Of a stretch of DNA of 64,000 bases, positions 36,980-46,862 are shown one piece after another. Made by a program: the position numbers and the translations under genes. Positions within the stretch are counted from its first letter, which is position 1. The number at the start of each line of letters is the position of its first letter. Source of the DNA: Thermoproteota archaeon (GTDB lineage Archaea; Korarchaeota; Korarchaeia; B14-G2); NCBI GenBank assembly GCA_037917675.1, contig JAVCBW010000005.1, forward strand, positions 1-64,000, given 5' to 3'. The notes beneath the pieces are model-generated. The model did not search any database. It was not told the origin of the DNA and worked only from the letters and a program-made list of their open reading frames with translations.

Positions 36980-37774
36980 CTAGACAAGGTATGCAGTTCT
37001 CAGCATATCTCTTATTCCTGTTCCGAAGCCTAGAGATGTCAGTATCCCTTTGATCAGCTCTCCTCTCCACTCTAGCTCAGGAGAGGAGAGGAGCTTGGCA
37101 AGCAGCAGGGCTACCATAGACTTTAAGGCTATGAATAGAGCTGCAGCTATAGGATATGGTTGGATGCTGAAGATCAAGCGTGGAATCACATGCTGCTCAC
37201 TATAGCCTTGGCTTAGAGCTACTGTAGTTGCTGTAGCATCGAAGTACTGGCTGTGAACTAACGCGGCTGTCGACTTCTGCTCGATAGCTATGTAGGCTGC
37301 TACCATGGGAGCGTTGAGTACTAGGGTGTAGGCTAGAGCCATGAGGTTCTTGGGAGCTCCTAAGAGAGCTAGTACTGCTATAGATGGTATGGGGACTAGC
37401 TGGAATAGGAGAGGGGAGCCAAGTATCTTCGATGCTATCGCTGCCACGAGGAATATGGCAGCCATCAGGACGAATATCAGAGGGGTTACGAGGAGGAGCG
37501 ACTGTATGGCCTCTGAGTCTCTTGCGGCTCTCAGTAAGCCTGCCATGACACCATATAGCACCATTGATAGAGTAAACTTCCTTGTCCCAATGAACCCCTC
37601 AAGAAGCTTCAGCTTCTCAAATATCTTTACTATCATGAGGAGAGCAGCTAGGAACACGATAACATAGACAGCTGTGTTGACTGGGTTGTATCCTGATCCC
37701 TTTAGCATGGGCTCTATGAAGTACTTCTCTATGAGCTCACAGAGACGCCTCATGAGCTCTTGGAGTAGAGGCAT
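36980..37774 (-). CDS. DUF63 family archaeal membrane protein
   Basis: GYNPVNTAVY, LLVTP, HSQYFDATAT, YSEQHV, LGFGTGIRDMLR. Confidence 0.8.
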   Translation of the reverse strand: MPLLQELMRRLCELIEKYFIEPMLKGSGYNPVNTAVYVIVFLAALLMIVKIFEKLKLLEGFIGTRKFTLSMVLYGVMAGLLRAARDSEAIQSLLLVTPLIFVLMAAIFLVAAIASKILGSPLLFQLVPIPSIAVLALLGAPKNLMALAYTLVLNAPMVAAYIAIEQKSTAALVHSQYFDATATTVALSQGYSEQHVIPRLIFSIQPYPIAAALFIALKSMVALLLAKLLSSPELEWRGELIKGILTSLGFGTGIRDMLRTAYLV

Positions 37775-37780
37775 CTGAGC

Positions 37781-38578
37781 TCACCAGCTCCCTACTAGCA
37801 GGCAGCTCGCTGCTAGCAGGGCTAGTGCTGCTGCTATTAGAGCAAGCCAGGCTCCCTGGCTCCATGTAGCGACCTTGCGGCCATCTAGCTCCCATAGGGG
37901 GATTAGGTTGAAGAATGCTAGCCAGCTGTTTATCTCAGCTGAGTACCTTAAGATGCTTGTAGCAAGTAGCCCTGATGTCAGTGGAGCTAAAGCTAGGGAG
38001 GCTAGAGCTAGAGCTATATTGGTCAGCGGCCCTGCTGAAGCTATCAGCCCTAGATCTCTTCTCCTCCACTGGTATGCTGCAGCTATCACTACAGCACCTG
38101 GAGCAGCAAAGAGGATGAACCCTGTCAGCGACGTGGCCAGCATTATGAGAATCCCTGTCCAATAGGCTCTGAACTCCGCCTGGTACCCTAGATGCTGAGC
38201 TGTGAACTTGTGAGCTAACTCATGTAGCAGGAAGCCTGCTGTCACTCCAGGTGAGATGGCTAGAAGCGTCCTCAGCCCTCCTCTCTCTAGTATCCAGACG
38301 GAGAGTAGCAAGGCTGCTAGAGCTAGAGCCATGTCTGATAGCTCCCTACCTGTGAATCTTAGCCTCCCTCTGACTGGAATCTGGTACCATGGGCTGATAT
38401 GGTAGCGATTTAGAGGCCTTAAGGCAGCTGGCTCCTTTGATAGCATAGCTCCACAGTTCGCACAGTGGTATCCTAGCTCAGGAGACAAGCTGCACCTTTT
38501 ACAGAACACTGACCCACAGCTACTGCAGTAGTATGCGTCGCCGTGTATCAGCTGACCGCAGTAGCTGCAGGTAGGCAA
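37781..38578 (-). CDS. Site-2 (M50) protease with an N-terminal Zn-finger
   Basis: HELAH, AGPLTN, AFFNLIP..LDGRK; N-terminal CxxC repeats. Confidence 0.88.
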   Translation of the reverse strand: MPTCSYCGQLIHGDAYYCSSCGSVFCKRCSLSPELGYHCANCGAMLSKEPAALRPLNRYHISPWYQIPVRGRLRFTGRELSDMALALAALLLSVWILERGGLRTLLAISPGVTAGFLLHELAHKFTAQHLGYQAEFRAYWTGILIMLATSLTGFILFAAPGAVVIAAAYQWRRRDLGLIASAGPLTNIALALASLALAPLTSGLLATSILRYSAEINSWLAFFNLIPLWELDGRKVATWSQGAWLALIAAALALLAASCLLVGSW

Positions 38579-38676
38579 GCTTACACCTCATGCACTAGAG
38601 CTTCAGCTTCTTTTAAAGAAGTTGTGTCAGATGACGCTCTGACCGCAAGCTTTAATTTCATACACTAGCTCCCAGA

Positions 38677-38997
38677 GTGGGTAGCATGAGGAAGGCTAGG
38701 AGAAGCAAGGAGGTCAAGGTATGGGCTAAGCTCCCTCGTGAGCTTGTAGAGCAGATTGAAGCTATAGCTAGAGAGGAGAGGAAGAGCAGAGCTATGATCA
38801 TAGGGCAGGCAGTCGATGACTATGTCAGAAGCTGGAAGCTTAGGAAGATGCTTGAGAGGTATAGGAGAGGAGAGCTTACACTGTCTGAGGCTGCAGACAA
38901 GCTTGGCATGAGCGTGTATGCTCTGCTTGCAATGCTAGATGAGGAGGAAGTCGACCTACTCGAGGAGGTTGAGGAGGCTCAGCTCACGTATGCTTGA
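38677..38997 (+). CDS. RHH + UPF0175-like DNA-binding/antitoxin-type protein
   Basis: KLPRELVEQIEAIAREERKSRAMII, YRRGELTLSEAADKLGMS. Confidence 0.75.
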   Translation: MGSMRKARRSKEVKVWAKLPRELVEQIEAIAREERKSRAMIIGQAVDDYVRSWKLRKMLERYRRGELTLSEAADKLGMSVYALLAMLDEEEVDLLEEVEEAQLTYA

Positions 38998-39427
38998 GAG
39001 TTTTTCTCATGACTATCGCAGGGCAACCGTCCTCATAGTATAGGGGTATCCTCCCAGCTTGCTTATAGCCAGCAGACGAGTAGAGGCTTATTGCAGCATA
39101 GTTGTCCTCTCTGACCTCCAAGTAGACTTCCTCCGCGCCCTTCTTCTTGAGCTCCTCTTCTATAGCTTTCAGCAGAACTCTGCCAAGCCCCCTCCTCCTG
39201 TGCTGCTTGGATACGCATATCGATAGGAGATGCCCTCTCCTGCCTTCTATCCTCCCAGCTGCATATCCTACAAGCTCACCTGAAGCCTCACATACCAGGA
39301 GCTTGTGAGCTGGGCTCTTGAGCATGTATCTTATGAGAGCAGGTGGATATGGTGATGTAAAGCACTCTAGCTCGAGCTTCAGTATGCTCTTCAGGTCGCT
39401 TTCCCTACCCTCCCTGACCTGCTGCAA
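38984..39427 (-). CDS. rimI: RimI-like N-acetyltransferase
   Basis: GHLLSICV..HRRRGLG, LEVREDN, YYEDG.PAIVM. Confidence 0.88.
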   Translation of the reverse strand: MQQVREGRESDLKSILKLELECFTSPYPPALIRYMLKSPAHKLLVCEASGELVGYAAGRIEGRRGHLLSICVSKQHRRRGLGRVLLKAIEEELKKKGAEEVYLEVREDNYAAISLYSSAGYKQAGRIPLYYEDGCPAIVMRKTLKHT

Positions 39428-39478
39428 GGCTAGCCCTAACTCTTATTACCAGGAGGATTTTAACCTGCTGGTGGTAGC

Positions 39479-40726
39479 TTGGACTACCGTGTAAGAGACC
39501 TCAAGCAAGCTGGTAGTGGGAGGCTCAAGGTGGAGTGGGCAGAGAGATACATGCCAGTGCTCATGAGGATAAGAGAGGAGTATTCTAGGAGCAAGCCCCT
39601 CATAGGTGTGAGGATTGGTGCATGCTTGCATGTGACGAAGGAGACAGCTGTCCTCGTTAAGACTCTTAGAGCTGGTGGAGCTGAGGTGTATTTGTGTGCT
39701 TCTAACCCCCTCTCTACCCAGGATGACGTTGCAGCAGCTCTTGTCGAAGAGGGCATCTCAGTCTTCGCGTGGAGAGGAGAGAGCAGTGAAGAGTACTATT
39801 GGAGTATTGAGAGAGTGCTCAGGGAGAAGCCTCAGATCCTGTTAGATGATGGAGCAGACTTGATAGCGACAGCACACGCTAAGGGTATGCTCGACGACGC
39901 TATCGGAGGGCAGGAGGAGACTACAACTGGTGTGATAAGGCTTAGAGCTATGGAGAGGAGTGGAGACCTCAAGATCCCTGTCATAGCAGTTAACGACGCT
40001 AGCTCAAAGAGGCTCTTCGACAACTACTATGGTACTGGGCAGAGCAGCTTGCATGGGGTGCTCAGGTGTACTAACATACTGCTCCCAGGGAAGAAGGTTG
40101 TAGTTTTGGGATATGGGCACTGTGGGCAGGGGATTGCAAGGATGGCTAGAGCTATGGGAGCACACACTATAGTGTGTGAGGTAGATCCCATTAAGGCTCT
40201 GAAAGCCTACTATGATGGACATGATGTGATGCCTTCCCTTAAGGCAGCTGAGATAGGAGATGTCTTCATAACAGCCACTGGGTGTAAGGATGTCCTGACG
40301 AGAGAGCACTTCATGAGAATGAAGTCAGGAGCAATCCTGGCGAATGCAGGGCACTTTAATGTGGAGGTCAGCATACCGGACTTGAAGTCAGCTAGCAAGA
40401 GAGTCAGGAGGATAAGAGGTGATGTTGAGGAGTATGAGCTTGAGGACGGCAGGAAGCTATATCTACTCGCTGAGGGGAGGCTTGTGAACTTGGTTTGTGG
40501 AGAAGGCCATCCAAGCGAGGTAATGGACCTCTCGTTCAGCCTTCAAGCCCTCTGCGCGAGGTATCTTATGGAGAACTGGAGAGAACTTGAGAGCAAGGTC
40601 TATGATGTCCCAGAGGAGGTGGATAGGAAGGTAGCTGAGCTCAAGCTAGAGACACTGGGTGTTGAGATAGATGAGCTCACAGAGGATCAGAGGAGGTACC
40701 TGGAATCCTGGAGGCTAGGGACTTAG
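39479..40726 (+). CDS. ahcY: Adenosylhomocysteinase
   Basis: ACLHVTKETA, SNPLSTQD, EETTTG, FDNYYGTGQS, GRLVNL, GHPSEVMDLSF. Confidence 0.97.
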   Translation: MDYRVRDLKQAGSGRLKVEWAERYMPVLMRIREEYSRSKPLIGVRIGACLHVTKETAVLVKTLRAGGAEVYLCASNPLSTQDDVAAALVEEGISVFAWRGESSEEYYWSIERVLREKPQILLDDGADLIATAHAKGMLDDAIGGQEETTTGVIRLRAMERSGDLKIPVIAVNDASSKRLFDNYYGTGQSSLHGVLRCTNILLPGKKVVVLGYGHCGQGIARMARAMGAHTIVCEVDPIKALKAYYDGHDVMPSLKAAEIGDVFITATGCKDVLTREHFMRMKSGAILANAGHFNVEVSIPDLKSASKRVRRIRGDVEEYELEDGRKLYLLAEGRLVNLVCGEGHPSEVMDLSFSLQALCARYLMENWRELESKVYDVPEEVDRKVAELKLETLGVEIDELTEDQRRYLESWRLGT

Positions 40727-41722
40727 CTACCTCCTCCAGAGGAGAGACAGGTCTATGGCCTTCTTGTCTACAAGAGACTCTGCTGTAAAGCCCATTTCCC
40801 TCAGGGCTTTAGCTAGGCTGGAGCTTTGCCCATGGTAGGTGACTACTAGCTCAGGGCTCACTGCCTCTACAACCCTGAGTAGGTCTTTGAAGTCAGCGTG
40901 GTCGCTTAGTGGGAAGCTGTAGTCAGCTCCAAGCTTAGCCTTGAAGCTGCTGACTGCAGCCCACCCTGAGAAGGCAATTAGCCTGACATCATGCCTCCTC
41001 TTTAGGGCCTGTATCATGGGGCTCCTAGAGGTGTACATTGGAGAGAGCATTACCCAGCTCTCTTTCTCCAAGGCTCCAGATGCCCTAGCCTTCGGGTAGC
41101 TCATGACAGCTGGGAGATCTACTCCAAACCTCCTATATGCCTCTGTGAACCTCACTATCATAGAGTGAGCTATGACCTGTGCTATGGAGTTGAAGAAGTG
41201 TAGTAGGATCTGAGCCTTCCCGAGAGGATATCCCATCAAGATGACAGGGTGGCCTCTGCTGAGCTCCTCCTCTATGATGTCTCGAGCCTCCTTAACTACG
41301 TCCTCAGCGTTCGGGAACTGGAAGCTGCTTGAGCCATACGTCGATTCTATGACTAGAACCTGAGCTCTCACAGGCTTAAACCCGCTCATGAATCCTCTAG
41401 CTCTCAGGCATATGTCTCCTGTGAACAGCAGGAAGTCCTCTATTAGAGCTGCTCTGGAGCCTAGGATGTGGCCTGTGTCGAGAAGCTTGACTCCAGCTAT
41501 GCTTTCACAAGTGAGGGCTACTCCCCTGAGCTTAGCTAGAGCAGCAGTCTCAGGGCTACACATGCACTTACAGCTCCTGCTTGGAAGGTGGTCGAAGTGT
41601 GCATGTGAAACAAAGCATGTACCCTGCGGCCTCTTGCTGTCTAAGCTGATCGTGCAGCCATTTAGCTCGAGAAGGACGCCTCCATGGCTTGACCTCAGCT
41701 TCATTTTCTCCATCCTAAGCAC
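40727..41722 (-). CDS. Beta-CASP/metallo-beta-lactamase nuclease
   Basis: SHAHFDH, GHILGS, FTGD, ESTYG, GKAQ, LSDHADF. Confidence 0.85.
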   Translation of the reverse strand: MLRMEKMKLRSSHGGVLLELNGCTISLDSKRPQGTCFVSHAHFDHLPSRSCKCMCSPETAALAKLRGVALTCESIAGVKLLDTGHILGSRAALIEDFLLFTGDICLRARGFMSGFKPVRAQVLVIESTYGSSSFQFPNAEDVVKEARDIIEEELSRGHPVILMGYPLGKAQILLHFFNSIAQVIAHSMIVRFTEAYRRFGVDLPAVMSYPKARASGALEKESWVMLSPMYTSRSPMIQALKRRHDVRLIAFSGWAAVSSFKAKLGADYSFPLSDHADFKDLLRVVEAVSPELVVTYHGQSSSLAKALREMGFTAESLVDKKAIDLSLLWRR

Positions 41723-41763
41723 GTGGGAAGTGAGCTGGATCCTGTAGTCGTTGAGTGTAGGGG

Positions 41764-41840
41764 TGGCGCCGAGGCCGGGATTTGAACCCGGGTCGGCGGC
41801 TCGACAGGCCGCTATGCTGACCTGGCTACACCACCTCGGC
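41764..41840 (-). tRNA. tRNA-Asp(GTC), intronless, CCA encoded
   Basis: GCCGAGGTGGTGTAGCCAGGTCAGCATAGCGGCCTGTCGAGCCGCCGACCCGGGTTCAAATCCCGGCCTCGGCGCCA; upstream CTTTAAAG TATA box. Confidence 0.96.
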
Positions 41841-41910
41841 TCAAGTCACATGTATGTTTTGCTTTAAAGATTTTACGCCCTCAAGCATCAGGCTATCGAG
41901 TGGTGTCTGA

Positions 41911-42885
41911 ATGGAGGCAAGGTGGCAGCTGCCTGCAGGTAGAGGCTTTGAGGCTAAGAGTAGGCTACTTAGCCTTAGGCTGGTGGCTGCAGCAGCTGTA
42001 GCCTTAGCTGCAGCTATAAGAGTGAAGAGGGGGCTTGTTAGGGCAAGCATCCTAGAGGCTTGGCCTAGCTCACTGGCGTGTAGAGAGCTAGCTGCTCCTC
42101 CTGGTAGCATGCTGGTACTGGTGCTTATTTCAGCTATATGCCCTAGCAGACAGCTCTATGTGGCTGTAAGCATATCTGTAGCATGCTTCATCTCAGCTTT
42201 CACGCTTACTTCAAGGTATGCTGGAGCTAGCGCAGCGTTACTCTACATGTGTGCCATGCCATCTACAATGATCCTCTTAGGCCAAGGGCTTGAAGGTATC
42301 AGTACGCTACTATGTTCAGCTGCTGTAATCTCATATACAGCTGGCAGGTATATCGCGTCAGCGTTCCTGCTTGGGGTCAGTGGAAGCTTTAGCATGCTGC
42401 CTTTGCTTGCCTTCCCTCCTCTCATAGGGAAGCTCGGTGGAAGGAGGCTGACAGCAGCCTTAGCATTTGCATGTGGATACCTGTGTGTCAGCAGCCCTGT
42501 CTGGCTTGCGCTCCCGAAGCCTGCTGCAGGCTACTGCAGGAGGCTTGCTGAGCTTGCCTGGAGAGTGAAGCCTACCTCACTTGCTTTGCTCCCCTTAGCT
42601 GCTGTAGCTACAGCTGTCTTCTCATGGCTTGCCTCAAGGAATGGGGAGGTAGAGAAGCTGTGTACTCTATCTGGGCTCATGTGGGCTCCACTGGCGCCAG
42701 GATGGGAGGTAGCCTCTATTCTCCCTCTTGCAGCAGCCTGGCATCCGAGATACCTTCTGCTTCTGCTCTTTGATGGAGTGGGTGTAGCTGCCCAGTTAGC
42801 TAAAAAAACGCTTCTCCATGCAGCTCTATGGCATACTGAGCTACTGCTGCTAGCTGGGCTCCTATACTCTCATGTGAGGAGATAG
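41911..42885 (+). CDS. Polytopic membrane protein, possibly a divergent GT-C glycosyltransferase
   Basis: Many hydrophobic segments; ends 2 nt before the PMT-like gene; start uncertain. Confidence 0.5.
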   Translation: MEARWQLPAGRGFEAKSRLLSLRLVAAAAVALAAAIRVKRGLVRASILEAWPSSLACRELAAPPGSMLVLVLISAICPSRQLYVAVSISVACFISAFTLTSRYAGASAALLYMCAMPSTMILLGQGLEGISTLLCSAAVISYTAGRYIASAFLLGVSGSFSMLPLLAFPPLIGKLGGRRLTAALAFACGYLCVSSPVWLALPKPAAGYCRRLAELAWRVKPTSLALLPLAAVATAVFSWLASRNGEVEKLCTLSGLMWAPLAPGWEVASILPLAAAWHPRYLLLLLFDGVGVAAQLAKKTLLHAALWHTELLLLAGLLYSHVRR

Positions 42886-42887
42886 CC

Positions 42888-44072
42888 TTGAAAGCTAGAG
42901 CTCTAGTAATCTTTGCACCAAGCTTGATGATGGGAGCTTTGCTGGCAGCTACAGCATTCGAGCCACGTGAGCTAGTGTTTGATGAAGTCCACTATGTTCA
43001 GGCAGCTAGAGAGATCTTGGGGAAAGGCTTCTATGACATGCATACGCATCCTCCACTCGGTAAGGAGCTCATTGCAGCTGGCATGTGGCTTGCTGGAGAT
43101 AAGGCAGTCGGCTGGAGAGTGTTCTCTGTCATGTTCGGTGTGGCTTCAGTAGCTCTGCTCGCGCTGGCAGTCTACCTTGGGACTGGGTCTGTTCTAGCAG
43201 GGTTCATAGCCTCTCTAGGGCTCGCTTTAGACCCACTACACTTCACCCAGAGCAGAGTAGCTATGCTAGACATCTTCCAGACCCCACTGCTGCTAGGCGC
43301 CCTCACAGTAGTATTGAAGAGGAGGAGCTTGCTTGGCTTTTCCCTGGCAGGTGTCCTAGCTGGGCTAGCTGCTGCATGCAAGCTTCCAGCTGCTGTGGTA
43401 GGGCTTTCACTCGGCCTCTACTTCTCGTCTGGAGGGAAGGCATGGAGGATGAGGCTGCTTAAGCTCCTCTGCTACGGGGCTTCAGCTATAGCAGCTTACA
43501 TTCTGACTTATCTACCCTACTTTGCATGTGGCCACGGGCTGGTTGAGTGGCTTAAGGATACCCAGTTGTTCATGCTCTATGTTGGGACAACATTCAAGTT
43601 TGAGCATCCGTATATGTCTCCAGCTTGCACTTGGCTCATAGGGTGGAAGCCTGTCCTCTACTATTACAAGGTAGATCAGGGCAGCAACTATGTCCATGCT
43701 ATCCTGGCTCTCGGCAATGTAGCCAGCTGGCTCCCATCATTTGCAATCCTACTGAAGCAGCTAGCCTATCCGAGAGGAGAAATGGACTTGCTTCCCTCAG
43801 TGTGGTTTGCTCCATGCTATGTCTCACTCATGCTAGTTAGGAGGCCGACCTTCATATTCTACATGGAGCCTCTGATCCCAGCACTCTATATGTCGGTTGG
43901 CGTGGAGGTAGGGTACTTAGCAGGAGAGGAGAGGATTCTAGCTGCTGTCGCTGCTGTGATGCTCTACCTGGCTAGCGCTCTCTTTCTGCTACCACTCTCC
44001 ATGGGGATTCTCGTCCCAGTATCATACCTTAGGGAAATGCTCATAGTTGGGAGAGCGCTATGGGGAGGCTAA
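42888..44072 (+). CDS. Dolichyl-phosphate-mannose:protein mannosyltransferase-like (PMT/GT39)
   Basis: VFDEVHYV, HPPLGKELIA, GWR, SRVAMLDIF, HPYMS..W, LGN, FIFY. Confidence 0.85.
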   Translation: MKARALVIFAPSLMMGALLAATAFEPRELVFDEVHYVQAAREILGKGFYDMHTHPPLGKELIAAGMWLAGDKAVGWRVFSVMFGVASVALLALAVYLGTGSVLAGFIASLGLALDPLHFTQSRVAMLDIFQTPLLLGALTVVLKRRSLLGFSLAGVLAGLAAACKLPAAVVGLSLGLYFSSGGKAWRMRLLKLLCYGASAIAAYILTYLPYFACGHGLVEWLKDTQLFMLYVGTTFKFEHPYMSPACTWLIGWKPVLYYYKVDQGSNYVHAILALGNVASWLPSFAILLKQLAYPRGEMDLLPSVWFAPCYVSLMLVRRPTFIFYMEPLIPALYMSVGVEVGYLAGEERILAAVAAVMLYLASALFLLPLSMGILVPVSYLREMLIVGRALWGG

Positions 44073-44588
44073 GAGCTGAGAGAGCAGGCCTCTCCTCTCC
44101 ATGAGCACTAGGATAGCTGAGCCTAGAGCTACAACAGACAGAAGCTCGCTAGCTAGGAGAGAGATGTATGTCAGAGCATATGGTAAGGAGTAGAGGTATG
44201 CTATGTAGGAGCCTACTATGGCTGTTATAACAAGTGAAGCTATCGCACCTGCAGCTAGAGGAGGCCCCCACCCCATCCTATGCCTCCTCTTCACCATGCT
44301 TCTCAGCACAGTGTAGGCTGCTGCTGATGCTAGAGCATTCGCTAGGCTTCCTCCGATCATGTCGATGGCAGGAAGACCAGAGTAGGCATTCCAGAGGAAG
44401 CAGCCTATTGCTGTCCCTATGGCAGCTGGAGCTAGCCCTACGGTAGCTGGAGCTATGACTAGCAGGGAGTCAGATACTCTTATTGAGACTAGAGACGGGC
44501 CTATGTTGGAGAGTGGCCCTAGCACTAAGCTCAGCACAAAGTACAATGCAGCTATGATAGCAGAGAGGGAAAGCTCTCTTGAGCCCAT
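44058..44588 (-). CDS. queT: QueT family transporter (7-deazaguanine precursor uptake)
   Basis: AIIAALYFVLS, IRVSDSL, GTAIGCFLWN, DMIGGSLAN; probable start ATG 44588. Confidence 0.75.
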   Translation of the reverse strand: MGSRELSLSAIIAALYFVLSLVLGPLSNIGPSLVSIRVSDSLLVIAPATVGLAPAAIGTAIGCFLWNAYSGLPAIDMIGGSLANALASAAAYTVLRSMVKRRHRMGWGPPLAAGAIASLVITAIVGSYIAYLYSLPYALTYISLLASELLSVVALGSAILVLMERRGLLSQLLASP

Positions 44589-44655
44589 TGAGCTGTGGGC
44601 AGAAGGCAGGCTTAAAAGGTTGGCGCTGAAGCTAGTGGCCTGTAGGGTAGTGAAG

Positions 44656-45540
44656 ATGAGAGTCAGGCTAGTCGCATGTGATAGCATGGGAGTTAGGAGC
44701 ATGTGTACTAGAGTTGAGGCAGATGGCGTCGTTCTCGTTATAGACCCATCAGCTGCGCTAGCTCCGCGTAGATATGGGCTTCCACCTCACAGGCTGGAGT
44801 GGGAGAGGCTGGATGAAGCTTGGCGTGAGATAGAGAGAGCCTGTAGTGATGCTGATGTGATGGTGGTCACACACTACCACCTCGACCACTACTCACCGAG
44901 GAGAACCTACCTATATGAGGGCAAGATCGTGCTCTTGAAGAGCCCTGAGGAGAACGTGAACTTCAGCCAGAGGAGGAGAGGCCTCTTCTTCACCAGCGAG
45001 CTCAAGAACATCGCTAGGGAAATCAGGTATGTTGATGGAGCTAAGCTCAAGTTTGATGCTACTACCATAGAGTTCTCTCCTCCTGTCCCACATGGAGGAG
45101 AGGGAACTAAGCTAGGATACGTGATCATGGTGAAGGTCTCTGAGAGCAAGGGAGACACTATGGTGTTTACCAGCGATATCTCAGGGCCTGTGTATAGGCC
45201 TGCCACAGAGTGGATAGTTAAAGCGAAGCCTAAGCTAGTCATCTTAGATGGGCCTCCAATCTACCATGAGAGATCAGAGGAGAGCTTAGCTGAGGCAGTT
45301 GAGAACATGGCTCAGATACTTGGAGAGAGCTCTGTGGAGAAGCTTGTGCTAGACCACCATGCGCTCAGGGACTTGAGTTATAGAGAGAAGCTTGCTCCTG
45401 TCTTTCAAGCTGGAGAGAAGCTGAGCAAGGCTGTTTTGACGGCAGCAGAGTATATGGGGGTGGAGGAGAAGCTGCTTGAGGCTAGCAGGCTCTACCTTTA
45501 CGCTAGAGAGGGGGCTGAGCTCTCCTCTATAGTTACCTGA
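44656..45540 (+). CDS. UPF0282-like metallo-beta-lactamase protein
   Basis: DSMGVRSMCT, IDPSAALAPRRYGLPPH, THYHLDH, NFSQRRR, LDHHALRD. Confidence 0.85.
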   Translation: MRVRLVACDSMGVRSMCTRVEADGVVLVIDPSAALAPRRYGLPPHRLEWERLDEAWREIERACSDADVMVVTHYHLDHYSPRRTYLYEGKIVLLKSPEENVNFSQRRRGLFFTSELKNIAREIRYVDGAKLKFDATTIEFSPPVPHGGEGTKLGYVIMVKVSESKGDTMVFTSDISGPVYRPATEWIVKAKPKLVILDGPPIYHERSEESLAEAVENMAQILGESSVEKLVLDHHALRDLSYREKLAPVFQAGEKLSKAVLTAAEYMGVEEKLLEASRLYLYAREGAELSSIVT

Positions 45541-45946
45541 CTGAGCGTAGAGCTTCTAGGAGCTTAGCCCAGAGCTCCTCTATGCTAGAGTACTCTAGCA
45601 GCTCTATGCCAGGTGCTCCAGCTATCATGGCTGATAGAAGGCTCTTCCTAGAGGACTCTACTACCGCTATAACTCTCTTCTCCATGGAGAGAGCCTTACA
45701 GACCTCGAAGCCAACGCCATGGCTCGGATAAGATACCTCAGCTACCACCAGGTCACACTCTGATAGGAGCTTAATGTTCCTCCTGTAGACCTCTTCACAG
45801 CTTAGTGGCTCAGGAGTACCTTGAGCAACATGCTCTGTGAGAACCTTGTGGCCAAGCTCCTTCAGCATGCTGACTATAGCCTTGACAGAGTTTATAGCTC
45901 TCCTATCTCCTCTTATCGGAGCTGCGACATACACTTTTAGAGGCAT
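45533..45946 (-). CDS. Nucleoside 2-deoxyribosyltransferase / Rcl(DNPH1)-like hydrolase
   Basis: VYVAAPIRG, VLTEHV, VAEVSYPSHGVGFE, LSAMIAG. Confidence 0.85.
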   Translation of the reverse strand: MPLKVYVAAPIRGDRRAINSVKAIVSMLKELGHKVLTEHVAQGTPEPLSCEEVYRRNIKLLSECDLVVAEVSYPSHGVGFEVCKALSMEKRVIAVVESSRKSLLSAMIAGAPGIELLEYSSIEELWAKLLEALRSVR

Positions 45947-45947
45947 G

Positions 45948-46862
45948 CTAGCTACCGAAGAGCCAGTCCTCAGCCAGCTGTGCTGGGCTTGGTGTGTCTA
46001 GCAGCCTATATTTCCTCCTGAAGTGTGAGAAGATGTTCTCTAGGTCTCTCTCGAGGATCAACTGAGCCTCCTCATAGGATACTGGGACAGCCTGTGGGAA
46101 GTCGATGTAGTAGAGCACACCCTCCCTGTCTACTAGTATGTTATACTCATTTAGGTCTCCGTGTATGAAGCCTGCTTCCCTCACCATAGTCTCCACGTCT
46201 GACGTTATCTGCTCAAGCGCCTCTCTAGGGTTCTTAAGCTTGATATCTGATAGGTTTGGAGCAGGTGTCTCAGGTTCCTCTCCCTCAACCATCCTCATTG
46301 CTACAGCATGCCTGTTTACCCCGAGAGGCTCTGGGGTGCTCACTCCAGCTTTATGTACAGCTTCAAGAGCCTTCATCTCCACTTGGGCTTTAGCTCTTGG
46401 TACATCTATCCTACTGTCCTCTAGGTTAAGCTCTTGTCCTCTCACTACGACGGCAGCATAAGATAGAGACCTTCTTATGTGCCTGAACTCCTTAGCCCAA
46501 TACCTGTGGAACTTTATCACAACAGGCTCTCCGCTAGGCGATCTCGCCAAGACTATCTCAGCCTCCTTTCCCTCTCCTATGGTGTCTCCGACCTCCTCTA
46601 GAATCCCATGCCTCTTGAAATCCCATAGCGCTAGCGTGTCGAAGCCTCTCTCAAGTATCATGAGAGCGAACTCCCGATAGTGTCCTATGTATCTGTACTT
46701 GACTAGCGCAGCCTTCTCTAGGAACCTAGCTCTCCTCTCAACCTCAATACGTGGGTATGGTAGCTTATCTACCACACTTGACATCGGAACCCACTCGAAT
46801 GCTGTCCTTAAGCCCTCTACTACACGCAGGACCGCTATGTCCACCTCATCTATAGGTCTCAA
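45948..46862 (-). CDS. rio2: RIO2-type Ser/Thr kinase
   Basis: N-terminal winged-helix region, IGEGKEA, IKFHR, NRHAV, IHGDLNEYNI, IDFPQ. Confidence 0.9.
   Translation of the reverse strand: MRPIDEVDIAVLRVVEGLRTAFEWVPMSSVVDKLPYPRIEVERRARFLEKAALVKYRYIGHYREFALMILERGFDTLALWDFKRHGILEEVGDTIGEGKEAEIVLARSPSGEPVVIKFHRYWAKEFRHIRRSLSYAAVVVRGQELNLEDSRIDVPRAKAQVEMKALEAVHKAGVSTPEPLGVNRHAVAMRMVEGEEPETPAPNLSDIKLKNPREALEQITSDVETMVREAGFIHGDLNEYNILVDREGVLYYIDFPQAVPVSYEEAQLILERDLENIFSHFRRKYRLLDTPSPAQLAEDWLFGS

Noticed and set aside
44419-44702. Mutually overlapping N-terminal extensions of queT and the UPF0282 gene
   Set aside because: Better explained by starts at 44588 (-) and 44656 (+) sharing a central CTTAAAAG TATA element; I saw no preQ1 riboswitch.
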